Below, piece after piece: positions 33,969 through 44,366 of a stretch of DNA of 64,000 nt. The stretch is from an uncultured SAR86 cluster bacterium. GTDB lineage: Bacteria > Pseudomonadota > Gammaproteobacteria > Magnimaribacterales > D2472. The first letter of the stretch is position 1; every line of letters starts with the position of its first letter. The position numbers and the translations under genes are program-made. Location of the stretch: contig CACEAR010000002.1 of the NCBI GenBank assembly GCA_902557575.1, positions 40,225 to 104,224 on the forward strand, read 5' to 3'. The notes beneath the pieces are model-generated. The model did no database searches. It had not been told where the DNA came from and saw nothing but the letters and a program-made list of their open reading frames with translations.

Positions 33969-34056
33969 TTTTTTTGGTTTAGTTCAGCGTAACACCAACT
34001 TCATAAAAAGCAAGCTACTATTCTTATTTAATGAGTTTTAATAAGATTTCAAGTGG

Positions 34057-36657
34057 TTATTTTTCTTTTCTCTGCCAACTACCCTCCTCGAAGAAGTAGT
34101 TATTTCCAGTCCTCTTGCCATCTTTTTCTGCAGAAAGATAATGAATGTCTAAATTTTTGTTATATCTAATTACCAAGGGTGATCCATCCAGGTCATTATC
34201 AGGACCATCTATAAGGTAATGATGCTTTTCAGGTAGAAGTTCCTTTACTTCATCAATAACTTTTAATTCAGCTGACTTTATTGCTCTTGTTTCCCTATTC
34301 TTTGGAAATTGACTAGCTGCCAAGAAAAGTCCTTTTAAGCTATCTCTTAGAAGGAATATATCTTCAACCTTTTCACATGCAATATTTGTATTTATTGGAT
34401 CCATAACAATTGGTTTGGGTTCACCGTTTCTCATTAACTGTCTTGTTGCTCCGCAATTATCATTTTGACAAAGGAAATATTTACCAAACCTTCCAGTTTG
34501 TAATTGCATTTCTGCTCCGCACTTATGACACTCAAGAGTTGGGCCGTCATATCCCCTAATCTTAAATTTACCATCCTCTAAAAGAAATCCTGAACATTCA
34601 GGATTATTTGCACATACATGAATCTTTCTATTTTCATCTATTAAATAGTTATCCATACTTGTTCCACATATATGACATCGTTTTTTGATAAAAAGATTTG
34701 AGGCTTCCTCTTGGTCATCAACGCTTATTGCCTCATCTCCACTTATGAGATTCATGGTGTGCTTACATTGCTCATCACCGGACTTGTGATAACCCTCACA
34801 ACCCAAAAAGACTCCATTTGCCGAGTTTCTTATGAGCATATTACTTTTGTTACATGAGGAACAAACTATATCGGTCTTCGTTGGATCATTTGGCTTCATT
34901 CCATCTTCAGCCGATCCAGCACTCTTAAGATCATCTTGAAATGTTTGATAAAACTTATTTAAAACTGATTTCCACTCAAGATTACCAGACGCTATTTCAT
35001 CAAGTTCATTTTCTAAATTAGCTGTAAAGTCATAATCCATAATTTCATTGAAACTTTCTATCAGCCTGTCAGAAACAATCAAGCCAATTTTATTTACAAA
35101 GAATCTTTTATTTTCAAGCTTCACATAACCTCTAGCCTGAATTGTAGAAATAATTGCTGCATATGTTGATGGTCTTCCTATTCCTTTGCTTTCAAGCTCC
35201 TTTACAAGTGCTGCCTCGGAGAATCGAGCAGGAGGCTTCGTAAACTTTTTCTCATTCTTTACTTCGACCAATCTTAAAACTTGCCCTTCTTCTAAACTTG
35301 GAAGATTTTCTTCATCTGCTTTTCTAGCATTTTGTGAAGATATTTTTGTATAACCGTCAAAAATTACTTCTCTTCCTCTTGCACTAAAAACATAATCATC
35401 AAGAATGAATTTTGCATTAATTGATAAATATTTTGCATCAGGCATTTGGCATGCGATGAACTGTCTCCAAATTAAGTCATATAATTTTATTTCTTCTTCT
35501 GAGTGACCGGTGAGCTTTTCAGGAGTTAAGCTTGCACTTGTTGGTCTTATTGCCTCATGCGCCTCTTGAGCATTTTCTTTCCCTGAATATATTCGAGGTT
35601 TTTCCGTTAGGTATTCATCAGCTAGAGTATCTTTAATAAACAGTCTTGCATCTTCAATCGAATCATTACTTAAGCTAGGAGCATCGGTTCTCATATAGGT
35701 GATTCTTCCAGCTTCATAAAGCTTTTGAGCAACTCGCATTGTTCTTGAGACCCCAAAACCCAACTTCGAGCTAGCGGCCTGCTGAAGAGTTGATGTTATA
35801 AAGGGTGCTTTTGGTTTAACTGTAGTAGGTTTTTTAGTGATTTCAGATATTTCTAAACTTGAACTACCTACGAGCTCCTCTATTTTCTTCGCCTCATCCT
35901 CTTTTAGAAGAGGGTCGCTTTTTTTTCTATTTAACTTAAATAAGATTTCTTCATGATTAAAATCTTTTAACGTTGCTGAAACTTCCCAAAATTCCTCTGG
36001 TTGAAATTGTGAAATTAATTTTTCTCTTTCGCAAAGCAATCTTAATGCAACAGATTGAACTCTTCCTGCAGACAAGCCTCTAGCAATTTTTTTCCATAAT
36101 AATGGAGACAGTTCAAAACCTACCACCCTATCAAGAAATCTTCTAGCTTGTTGGGCATTTACTAGATCTTGATCTATTTCCTTAGGATCTGAGAAAGATT
36201 CTAATATTGAACTTTTGGTAATTTCATTAAATCTTACTCGGTGATATTCAAATTTATTTTTTCCTAAAGCTTCTTTCAAGTGCCAAGCTATAGCCTCTCC
36301 CTCTCTATCAAGATCAGTAGCAAGATAAACTTTTTCTACTTCCTTTGAAGCTTTCCTTAAATCTTTTATAACCTTTTCTTTATCAGGGATAATTTCATAA
36401 TTGGCAGACCATCCATCGTCTGGATTTACACCCATTCTCCTAATTATCCTTCTTCTTTCTTGCTCTTTTTTTAATCTAGCCTTTTCTTCAGGACTAGCAT
36501 CTTTTGGGATTGAATTTTGTCTCTTAGCTTTTGATTTTCCCTTTGGTAAATCTCTGATATGACCTACACTTGATTTAACAATATATTCGTTACCAAGATA
36601 TTTTGATATCGTCTTTGCCTTTGCAGGGGACTCTACAATTACAAGTGATTTTGACAT
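34057..36657 (-). CDS. topA: DNA topoisomerase I
   Basis: IVESPAK, ATDLDREGE, SAGRVQS, ITYMRTD catalytic Tyr, C-terminal zinc ribbons. Confidence 0.98.
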   Translation of the reverse strand: MSKSLVIVESPAKAKTISKYLGNEYIVKSSVGHIRDLPKGKSKAKRQNSIPKDASPEEKARLKKEQERRRIIRRMGVNPDDGWSANYEIIPDKEKVIKDLRKASKEVEKVYLATDLDREGEAIAWHLKEALGKNKFEYHRVRFNEITKSSILESFSDPKEIDQDLVNAQQARRFLDRVVGFELSPLLWKKIARGLSAGRVQSVALRLLCEREKLISQFQPEEFWEVSATLKDFNHEEILFKLNRKKSDPLLKEDEAKKIEELVGSSSLEISEITKKPTTVKPKAPFITSTLQQAASSKLGFGVSRTMRVAQKLYEAGRITYMRTDAPSLSNDSIEDARLFIKDTLADEYLTEKPRIYSGKENAQEAHEAIRPTSASLTPEKLTGHSEEEIKLYDLIWRQFIACQMPDAKYLSINAKFILDDYVFSARGREVIFDGYTKISSQNARKADEENLPSLEEGQVLRLVEVKNEKKFTKPPARFSEAALVKELESKGIGRPSTYAAIISTIQARGYVKLENKRFFVNKIGLIVSDRLIESFNEIMDYDFTANLENELDEIASGNLEWKSVLNKFYQTFQDDLKSAGSAEDGMKPNDPTKTDIVCSSCNKSNMLIRNSANGVFLGCEGYHKSGDEQCKHTMNLISGDEAISVDDQEEASNLFIKKRCHICGTSMDNYLIDENRKIHVCANNPECSGFLLEDGKFKIRGYDGPTLECHKCGAEMQLQTGRFGKYFLCQNDNCGATRQLMRNGEPKPIVMDPINTNIACEKVEDIFLLRDSLKGLFLAASQFPKNRETRAIKSAELKVIDEVKELLPEKHHYLIDGPDNDLDGSPLVIRYNKNLDIHYLSAEKDGKRTGNNYFFEEGSWQRKEK

Positions 36658-36712
36658 AAATTTCGTTCTCCCTTTTTAGGAATAACATGTTTCTAATAAT
36701 TTTGGCAAGGGA

Positions 36713-37153
36713 TTATATAGAAAAATTCTTTAATTGTTTTTCAATTTTTTCCAATTCATCAATGCCAAGATTCTCATTCCATAAAAACGATATGTATGAA
36801 TCATTAAAAATAATTTCAAGTATTGAGCCTGGTAAATTCGATATTTTATTTTCTATTTCTTCAAAATTATCATCGAATTTTAGTTTTATTGGATCATACA
36901 AAGTAAGAGAAGATTCTTTAAAAACATAGTGCGCATTTTTTAAATTACTTATATTTTTGAGCGAGTAACAAACAAACTTAATGTTTTTGGTAACAAACTT
37001 TTGCTTTGAAGTTAGGGATGAGATTTGAAATCCCTTTTTTCTAGCTTTGAGTCTCAAATCTGAAAGCATGCGAGTTTGTTTAGTAGGAATTACTAAATTT
37101 ACTGAGCCCACTAAAAATAGTATCACCAAGCCTATGATGATGTAGGTATTCAT
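36713..37153 (-). CDS. Hypothetical protein with N-terminal membrane anchor
   Basis: 146-aa ORF coupled to pyrD by ATGA overlap; hydrophobic N-terminus then LRLKARKKG. Confidence 0.7.
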   Translation of the reverse strand: MNTYIIIGLVILFLVGSVNLVIPTKQTRMLSDLRLKARKKGFQISSLTSKQKFVTKNIKFVCYSLKNISNLKNAHYVFKESSLTLYDPIKLKFDDNFEEIENKISNLPGSILEIIFNDSYISFLWNENLGIDELEKIEKQLKNFSI

Positions 37154-38133
37154 CTAGATAAGATTTTTTTTACGATTGCAGGTCCTTCAAAAATGAACCC
37201 GGTATAAATCTGCACCAAGCTAGCACCTAACGTTATCTTATTTTCATAATCTTCTTTTGTGAAAACTCCGCCCACGCCAACTAAGAAAATATCTTTATCA
37301 AGTCCATGTATCCTTTTTAACAGTTGGTTAGATTTTTTTAATAAAGGTTTGCCAGAAATCCCGCCTTCATGAGAGCACCCCTCAAGAATGTCCTTGTCAA
37401 TTGAAGTATTCGAAACTATCAATCCATTAATTTTTAAAGTTTCATATATGTTAACAATTTTAAGAATTGTCTCTTCGCCTTCATCTGGTGATATTTTAAG
37501 AAAAACTGGAATGTCAGTCCGATTTGCAGTTTTGATTTCATTAATTCTTTTAAAAATTTTTTCAAGCTCATCTGGATTATGGAGTTTCCTTAATTTTGGA
37601 GTATTTGGCGAGGAGATGTTTACTGTGACGTAATCACAATATTTGTAAACTTTTTCAAAACAGAAGACATAATCCTCTATCCTTTGATCATTTGTGCTTT
37701 CTTTGTTAGCTCCAATGTTAACTCCAATTACTGCATCATATTTTTTGTTCTTTATTTTAGAAACTAAATAATCTACGCCTTTGTTATTAAATCCTAATCT
37801 GTTGACTACAGCTTCTTGATGGATGTATCTAAAAACTCTTGGTTTCTCGTTGCCTGACTGTTGCCTAGGTGTAGTTGTTCCCAACTCAATGAAACCGAAT
37901 CCAAGAGAATCCAGAACATCAACATAGTCACCATTTTTATCAAGGCCTGCTGCAACACCTAATTTGTTCCTAAAATGTAAATTAAGATAATTTTTTTGCC
38001 CATCTGAATAATTTTTAATTGGAAAGAGAATTTTCATAATTCCCAGCTTTTTAATAAATTTTAAGCTTTCTAAAGCTAAATAATGGGAAACCTCTGGAGG
38101 GAAGAATTGAAAGATCTTAGTTAGTATTTTCAA
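37150..38133 (-). CDS. pyrD: Dihydroorotate dehydrogenase (quinone)
   Basis: AAGLDKNG, NRLGFNN, NISSPNTP, LKISPD, GGISG. Confidence 0.96.
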   Translation of the reverse strand: MKILTKIFQFFPPEVSHYLALESLKFIKKLGIMKILFPIKNYSDGQKNYLNLHFRNKLGVAAGLDKNGDYVDVLDSLGFGFIELGTTTPRQQSGNEKPRVFRYIHQEAVVNRLGFNNKGVDYLVSKIKNKKYDAVIGVNIGANKESTNDQRIEDYVFCFEKVYKYCDYVTVNISSPNTPKLRKLHNPDELEKIFKRINEIKTANRTDIPVFLKISPDEGEETILKIVNIYETLKINGLIVSNTSIDKDILEGCSHEGGISGKPLLKKSNQLLKRIHGLDKDIFLVGVGGVFTKEDYENKITLGASLVQIYTGFIFEGPAIVKKILSR

Positions 38134-38134
38134 T

Positions 38135-38986
38135 TTATTTTTTTACAATTTCTCTAAAATTTTCTAGATGAGATGCTCTATCTACTATTGCGGATACATA
38201 GCCTTCCTTACTGCCGCAGTCAAAACGCCTTCCTTGAAACTCAAAGGCAAAAACGGAATCATTAGATAAAAATGATCTAATTGCATCAGTAAGCTGTATT
38301 TCTCCGTTAAGTCCTGGCTTAGTCTCCTCAAGAATATTAAAAATACTTTTAGAAAGTATGTATCTTCCAAACACAGCAAGGTTTGAGGGTGCCTCATTAA
38401 TGCTTGGTTTTTCAATGATACTATTTAACTTCAGCATATCATTTTCTTGAGTAGCATCAATAACACCATAATTCTTTAATTCGCTATCTGGTGCAGAAAA
38501 AACTCCTAGAACTGATGAATTTGTTTTGCTATGAATATCCTTAAGCTGTTTTAAACAACCCACATCAGAGAGAATAAGATCATCTGCTAAGACAATTCCA
38601 AAAAAATCTTCTGTAATTAAATTTTTTGCCTGCAAGATGGCATGACCCAAACCATTTGGTTCATTTTGTCTTACAAAGGAAAATTTAATATTTTTTAAAT
38701 AATTGGGATAAATTGTTTGAATTAATTCGCTCTTGTTTGAATCTCTTAATCTTGTTTCAAGCTCAGAGTTTTTGCTGAAGTAATCTTCAATTGCTGTTTT
38801 AGTGTGGCTTGTAACAAAGATAATTTCCTCTGCTCCTGCCTGAATTGCTTCTTCAACAGCAAATTGTATAAGTGGTTTATCTATTATTGGGAGCATCTCT
38901 TTTGGTATAGACTTTGTTACTGGAAGAAATCTTGAACCAAGTCCTGCAACCGGAAAAACTACTTGCTTTAGTTGAGCTTCACTCAT
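38135..38986 (-). CDS. galU: UTP--glucose-1-phosphate uridylyltransferase
   Basis: PVAGLGSRFLPVTK..PKEMLP, GLGHAI, EIQLTDAI; start placed at ATG 38986. Confidence 0.95.
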   Translation of the reverse strand: MSEAQLKQVVFPVAGLGSRFLPVTKSIPKEMLPIIDKPLIQFAVEEAIQAGAEEIIFVTSHTKTAIEDYFSKNSELETRLRDSNKSELIQTIYPNYLKNIKFSFVRQNEPNGLGHAILQAKNLITEDFFGIVLADDLILSDVGCLKQLKDIHSKTNSSVLGVFSAPDSELKNYGVIDATQENDMLKLNSIIEKPSINEAPSNLAVFGRYILSKSIFNILEETKPGLNGEIQLTDAIRSFLSNDSVFAFEFQGRRFDCGSKEGYVSAIVDRASHLENFREIVKK

Positions 38987-39608
38987 AATTTTTCCGATTA
39001 TTATACATCTGAAATAAATAACCACACATGATTCCTGAAATTAGCCCTCCTAGATGAGCAAAATTTGCAATCTTTCCAAAACCTAATAGATCTAAAAATC
39101 CTGTAAAACCAATAAATAACCAAATAAACATAAATAAATAAACTGCAGGTGGGAATGAATATTTATTAATTCTTGAAAATGTTTCTTGGACAAAACAAAA
39201 GCCTAGCAGTCCATATACAACTCCAGAGAGACCGCCAAATATTGACGCTCCAGAAAAGGCATACTGAGCATAATTACTAGAAGCTGAAGTAATTAAAATT
39301 AAGATCAAAAAAAGCCATTTACCATCAAAATTTTCTATTTCCTTACCCAAAATATAAATCCATAAGCAATTAAATATTAGGTGCGTGGGAGAAAAGTGTA
39401 TAAGCATTGGTGTTATGAGTCTCCACCATTCATTACTTATTAAATAGGTTGTTTGAAAGTCATAAAATTGAATTTGATTGAAACTTATCAGGAATTTATT
39501 AAAAAATATTGGCTCTATGAGATTTAGTTTAGAACCAAAGCTTGAAGAAAAAGATACTAAACAAGCAAAAGCTATTAACCAGATAAATATTTTATTTGAG
39601 AGTTGCAA
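38979..39608 (-). CDS. Rhomboid intramembrane serine protease (GlpG-like)
   Basis: WR motif, HLIFN, GLSG catalytic Ser, AHLGG catalytic His. Confidence 0.92.
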   Translation of the reverse strand: MQLSNKIFIWLIAFACLVSFSSSFGSKLNLIEPIFFNKFLISFNQIQFYDFQTTYLISNEWWRLITPMLIHFSPTHLIFNCLWIYILGKEIENFDGKWLFLILILITSASSNYAQYAFSGASIFGGLSGVVYGLLGFCFVQETFSRINKYSFPPAVYLFMFIWLFIGFTGFLDLLGFGKIANFAHLGGLISGIMCGYLFQMYNNRKNYE

Positions 39609-39610
39609 GA

Positions 39611-40465
39611 TTATCTTTTAGTGACATCCAATGCCCAGCCAAGCTTATCTCGACATGCTTCAAAGAAATTATAATTTGATGGATGGACTAATTTAAGGAC
39701 ATCACTTTTTTCAGATATATTTACTTTGGTGCCATAACTTATTGGTAGCTCAGTCTGACCATCTGCAGATATATATGCATTTTTGTCTGGACCACTAGTT
39801 ACTTGTATCTCAACTTTTCGATCAGAAGAAATAATGAAGGGTCTTGAGGAAAGATTATGTGGCAACATAGGGATGATGCTCCAAACTTTAAGATTAGGAT
39901 ATATTATTGACCCTCCAGCAGATAATGAATACGCGGTGGATCCTGTCGGAGTAGAAATAATTAATCCATCTGCCCTCTCTTCGAAAATGAGTTGATCATC
40001 GACGGTAACGCTGAATCTCATCATTTGTGCATAAGATCCTGAGTGAAGAACTATTTCATTTAACCCAAAAATTTCATTGTCACCAAACTCTGCTTTAACA
40101 AAAGATCTCTCTTCTAATTTAAAATTGTTGTTGAAAACATCATCGATTGATTGCTTAAAGTTATTTTCAGAGCTATCTGTTAGAAAACCAACTTGCCCAA
40201 AATTTACACCCATTATCGGTATGTCATATCCAATAAAGTCTCTGGCAGTTGAAAGCATTGTTCCATCGCCACCAAATACAATTATTAAATCAGACTGATT
40301 GCCAAGCTCATCTTTAGATAGCTTGGGAAAATCTTTTGGAGCATCTAAAGCTGATTCATGGAAATATAGTTCTTTAGAATGAGAAAGAATAGTATCTATA
40401 TAAGCAGATATATCTGCATCAAAAGATAAAGTTTCCTTGTAAATTATTCCAATTTTTTTAAACAT
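39611..40465 (-). CDS. nadK: NAD kinase
   Basis: GGDGT, NE, DGLIISTPTGSTAYSLSAGG; start placed at ATG 40465 (MFKKIGII). Confidence 0.95.
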   Translation of the reverse strand: MFKKIGIIYKETLSFDADISAYIDTILSHSKELYFHESALDAPKDFPKLSKDELGNQSDLIIVFGGDGTMLSTARDFIGYDIPIMGVNFGQVGFLTDSSENNFKQSIDDVFNNNFKLEERSFVKAEFGDNEIFGLNEIVLHSGSYAQMMRFSVTVDDQLIFEERADGLIISTPTGSTAYSLSAGGSIIYPNLKVWSIIPMLPHNLSSRPFIISSDRKVEIQVTSGPDKNAYISADGQTELPISYGTKVNISEKSDVLKLVHPSNYNFFEACRDKLGWALDVTKR

Positions 40466-40584
40466 AGTTGAATTATACATCTCTAAAAAAGATTTTATTA
40501 ATCGTTTTCTGGAGATCATTTCTTGATATTCAATGGAAAATATTTAAAAATTAATTCTTCAACTAACTTACATTTTAAAAAATT

Positions 40585-41778
40585 ATGAGCGACTTAGAGA
40601 ATTTTAGAGTTGAAGTCAAAGATTGGCTTGATAAAAACTGCCCTGCAACTATGAGAGCAGGAGCTCCTGCAGACACACCTATTGATGAAGTGTGGGGAGG
40701 AAGAAAAGCAGTTTATAAGAACCCTGATTCAAAATTATGGCTAGATAGAATGGGAGAAAAAGGATGGACTATGCCCACGGTGCCTAAAGAGTATGGTGGT
40801 GGTGGTCTGAATAAGGAAGAAGTAAAGATACTAAACGAAGAGATGTTTGCTATTGGAGCTCGTGCTCCTCTTCTTAGTTTTGGTATATGGATGCTTGCCC
40901 CAGTTTTACTTGAGTATGGCAATGAAGCCCAAAAAAGAGAACATCTTCCTAAAATAATTAAAGGTGAAATTAGATGGTGTCAGGGATACTCAGAACCTGG
41001 TTCAGGTTCAGATTTAGCAAGTCTTGCTACCAAAGCAGAAGATATGGGCGATCATTTCTTGGTTAATGGGCAGAAAGTTTGGACATCATATGCAGATAAA
41101 GCTGATTGGATCTTTGCACTTGTTAGAACTGGACCAAAAGAGCCAAAACATAGCGGAATAAGCTTCTTGCTTATTGATATGGAAAATCCAGGAGTTTCTA
41201 CTAAACCTATTACATTGATAAGTGGCAAGTCACCATTTTGTGAAACATTTTTTGATAACGTTGAAGTTCCAAAAGAGAATCTTGTGGGTGAGCTTAATGC
41301 AGGCTGGACAATTGCTAAAAAATTGCTACAGCATGAAAGAAAATTTATATCTAACTTTGGACTTGCTGCTGGAATGGGTAGCAAGAAAGATGTTGTTTCA
41401 TTAGCTAAAAAACATTTTGGTGAAGATGAAGGAAAAATATCAAATCCTATATTTAGGTCGAAGGTTATAGATCATAAAATGAAAGAACATGCTTTTGGGT
41501 TGACCCTTCAAAGAGCTGCAGATGAGGGAGGTAAAGCTTCTGCAGTAGCTTCAATGTTCAAATACTACGGAACTGAGCATAACAAAAGAAGGCATGAGCT
41601 TATGGTTGCAGCCTCTGGAGTTAATGGACTTGCATGGGATGGGAACGAGTTTGATGATAGTGAAAAGAATCTTACAAGAGCTTGGCTGAGAACAAAGGGT
41701 AACTCCATAGAAGGTGGTACCTCAGAAGTGCAACTAAATGTAATTTCTAAAAGAGTGCTTGAGCTCCCATCAGGATAA
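40585..41778 (+). CDS. Acyl-CoA dehydrogenase, catalytic subunit (PimC/FadE-like)
   Basis: WCQGYSEPGSGSDLASL, NGQKVWTS, LQHER, IEGGTSEVQ. Confidence 0.92.
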   Translation: MSDLENFRVEVKDWLDKNCPATMRAGAPADTPIDEVWGGRKAVYKNPDSKLWLDRMGEKGWTMPTVPKEYGGGGLNKEEVKILNEEMFAIGARAPLLSFGIWMLAPVLLEYGNEAQKREHLPKIIKGEIRWCQGYSEPGSGSDLASLATKAEDMGDHFLVNGQKVWTSYADKADWIFALVRTGPKEPKHSGISFLLIDMENPGVSTKPITLISGKSPFCETFFDNVEVPKENLVGELNAGWTIAKKLLQHERKFISNFGLAAGMGSKKDVVSLAKKHFGEDEGKISNPIFRSKVIDHKMKEHAFGLTLQRAADEGGKASAVASMFKYYGTEHNKRRHELMVAASGVNGLAWDGNEFDDSEKNLTRAWLRTKGNSIEGGTSEVQLNVISKRVLELPSG

Positions 41779-42917
41779 TGAAGTTAATCTTAAACGAAGA
41801 ACAAAACTATCTTAAAGAAACAGCGCTTAGTTTTGTATCTGAAAAAACTCCTGTTTCCCATCTAAGAGGGCTTAGAGATTCAGATGATCAGCTTTGCTGG
41901 GATAAGGAAATATGGAGTGAGATGGTTAAGCTTGGGTGGTCAGGAATTTTGATTCCCGAAGAATACGGAGGTTCAAACTTTGGGTTGACTGGAATGAGCG
42001 TTATTCTTCAAGAATGTGGAAAAACTCTCACGCCCTCTCCATTGTTCGCTTCTGGAGTTTTAGGCGCAACAGCATTGACAAAATTCGGATCGGAGGAACA
42101 AAAACAAAAGTACTTATCAAAAATTGCATCTGGTGAGTTAACTACTGCTTTGGCAATAGATGAAAATAGTCATCACAATCCAAATATTTGCGAATTAAAA
42201 GCAATTAAAGATGGCTCTAACTATGTTCTTAACGGGAAAAAAATATTTGTTGTAGATGGTGCAAGTGCAGATATTATTATTGTTGTGGCAAGAACTTCTG
42301 GTGAAGATGATGATGTTGGTGGATTGAGTATGTTTCTAGTTGAATCTGATAGTAACAACTTAAAGAAAGTGAAACTTGATATGGCTGATTCAAGAAACTA
42401 TGCAAATATTACTTTTGACAATGTATCTGTTGATGAAACAATGATTTTGGGTGAAATCGATATGGGTCTTGAGCCGATTAATGAGATTTTGGATGTTGGA
42501 AGGATTGCTCTTTCTGCTGAAATGTTAGGCTCATGCGAAAAAGCATTTGAAATAACAATTGAATACCTCAAGGAGAGAAAACAATTTGGTGTTCCAATAG
42601 GGTCATTTCAAGCGCTCCAACACAGAGCAGCTGAAATGTTCTGCGAGATTGAATTAACAAAATCAGCTGTTATGGCTGCAATGCAAGGAGCAGAGGAAAA
42701 TTCAAATGATCTCCAGAGGCTTTCAAGTCTTGCAAAATCAATTGTTGGTGAAACTTCTCATCTTGTAAGCAATGAAGCGGTTCAAATGCATGGTGGTATA
42801 GGTGTTACTGATGAGTACGACATAGGTTTTTATCTGAAAAGAGCAAGGGTTGCCGAGACAATTTTGGGGAATTCGACTTTCCATCAGGAAAGATATGCTA
42901 ATCTAACAGGGTTTTAA
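41778..42917 (+). CDS. Acyl-CoA dehydrogenase, partner subunit (PimD-like)
   Basis: ERKQFGVPIGSFQALQH, QMHGGIG; TAATG overlap with the upstream ACAD. Confidence 0.9.
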   Translation: MKLILNEEQNYLKETALSFVSEKTPVSHLRGLRDSDDQLCWDKEIWSEMVKLGWSGILIPEEYGGSNFGLTGMSVILQECGKTLTPSPLFASGVLGATALTKFGSEEQKQKYLSKIASGELTTALAIDENSHHNPNICELKAIKDGSNYVLNGKKIFVVDGASADIIIVVARTSGEDDDVGGLSMFLVESDSNNLKKVKLDMADSRNYANITFDNVSVDETMILGEIDMGLEPINEILDVGRIALSAEMLGSCEKAFEITIEYLKERKQFGVPIGSFQALQHRAAEMFCEIELTKSAVMAAMQGAEENSNDLQRLSSLAKSIVGETSHLVSNEAVQMHGGIGVTDEYDIGFYLKRARVAETILGNSTFHQERYANLTGF

Positions 42918-42935
42918 AAGAAAACGGAGGTATCC

Positions 42936-43820
42936 GTGAGAACAATAAAATCTTTTTTAATTGGAATAATTACATTCATTAATATAGCTATAATCTTATT
43001 TATTGGCTTTGGAACATTAACTGTAATTAACTCTCCAAGGATAATTATAAAGTACCGCCCTTTCAAAAGATCTCTTCACAAGTTTTCAAATTTAATTGGG
43101 GATCTTACCGTTAAATCTTTAGCGATCTCTATTCAATTCCTTCATCAAAAAAGATGGAAGTTCATAATTGAGAATGAAGTTTCAATGGATGAATGGTATT
43201 TAGCTACTTCAAATCACACATCATGGGGTGATGTCTTCTGTGTTTTAGCAGCAACAAATTTTAAAGCCCCTTTGTTTAAAATATTTATGAAGAAAGATCT
43301 TTGGTGGCTACCGCCAGTATTTCTTGCAAATGTTACTCTTAATATGCCCTTCGTGAATAGACATTCGAAGCAACAATTAGAAAAAAATCCAAATTTAAGA
43401 AAACTTGATTACCAGAATACTATTGCATCATGCAAAAGATTTGAAAGACAGCCAACAACTATATTTAGCTTTGCTGAGGGCACCAGGAATAATCCAAAAA
43501 AACATGCTGAGCAAAATTCTCCATATAAAAATTTACTTGCGCCAAAGATAGGTGGTATTGCATTAGGTCTATCTGCTGTTCCAAAAATCGATTATCTCTT
43601 GGACTTCACAATTGTATACAAATCAAAGAAAAGATCATTTTGGGACTTTTGTATTGGTGATCTTTCAGATGTAAAGGTTTTTGTGAAAAAGTTAAGGATT
43701 CCGGAAAGTTTAAAAAGAAGAGATTATCTCAATGATCCTTCTTATCGAACTGAGTTTCGGGATTGGCTTGACAATGTTTGGGTTGAAAAAGACAAGCTTA
43801 TAGATTCAGTTAACTTCTAG
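42936..43820 (+). CDS. Acyltransferase (PlsC/YihG-like)
   Basis: NHTSWGD (HX4D), FAEGTR; GGAG RBS and GTG start. Confidence 0.88.
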   Translation: MRTIKSFLIGIITFINIAIILFIGFGTLTVINSPRIIIKYRPFKRSLHKFSNLIGDLTVKSLAISIQFLHQKRWKFIIENEVSMDEWYLATSNHTSWGDVFCVLAATNFKAPLFKIFMKKDLWWLPPVFLANVTLNMPFVNRHSKQQLEKNPNLRKLDYQNTIASCKRFERQPTTIFSFAEGTRNNPKKHAEQNSPYKNLLAPKIGGIALGLSAVPKIDYLLDFTIVYKSKKRSFWDFCIGDLSDVKVFVKKLRIPESLKRRDYLNDPSYRTEFRDWLDNVWVEKDKLIDSVNF

Positions 43821-44288
43821 GGGTTCCTTCGAAACTAACCATCCATTCTTATCTGCATATAGCCAAGAATCTTCACTTAAAATAACACCACCAAAAATAA
43901 CATCTTCTCCAAGAAAGCCTTTATTATTTTTGTTTGTCTTAGTTGTCGTTGATCCAAGGGCCAAGATGCCTAAATCCATCTGTTTAAGGAGCTCAACATC
44001 TCTCACGTACCCAGCAACAAAAATTCCATTCCATTCATTATCAATAGCTTTTTGAGCAATTTCATCTCCAATCATTGCCGCATGAGTTATCAAATTTGAG
44101 TTAATGACTAGCACTTTTCCCTTACCATTAGTGCCGAGTATTTCCTTCACTTTAGAATTATCATCGTGACAGGTAACAGTTTTAATTTGTCCAAAAAAGG
44201 AGTCTCTATTTCCAAAAGATTTCATTGATTCAAATCCTTGAAAAACTTTTTTTTGATACTTATCTTTGAGATCTGGAGTTGAAAACAT
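43806..44288 (-). CDS. rraA: RraA family protein (RNase E regulator / HMG aldolase-like)
   Basis: STPDL, FFGQIKTV..DDN, AMIGD, YVRD, YADKNG. Confidence 0.88.
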   Translation of the reverse strand: MFSTPDLKDKYQKKVFQGFESMKSFGNRDSFFGQIKTVTCHDDNSKVKEILGTNGKGKVLVINSNLITHAAMIGDEIAQKAIDNEWNGIFVAGYVRDVELLKQMDLGILALGSTTTKTNKNNKGFLGEDVIFGGVILSEDSWLYADKNGWLVSKEPLEVN

Positions 44289-44366
44289 TTTTAAATTATT
44301 ACTGTTTTATATTTTCCATGCAAATAAAAAACTGGGTTAAAATAAAATCTATAAATAGGAAAAAAA

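Noticed and set aside
34022..34046. AT-rich inverted repeat TCTTATT...AATAAGA after topA
   Set aside because: Short, almost all A/T and interrupted; expected by chance at this composition.
44299..44320. SOS-like half site TACTGTTTTATATTTTCCAT between rraA and the NMO gene
   Set aside because: No CAG at the required CTG-N10-CAG position.
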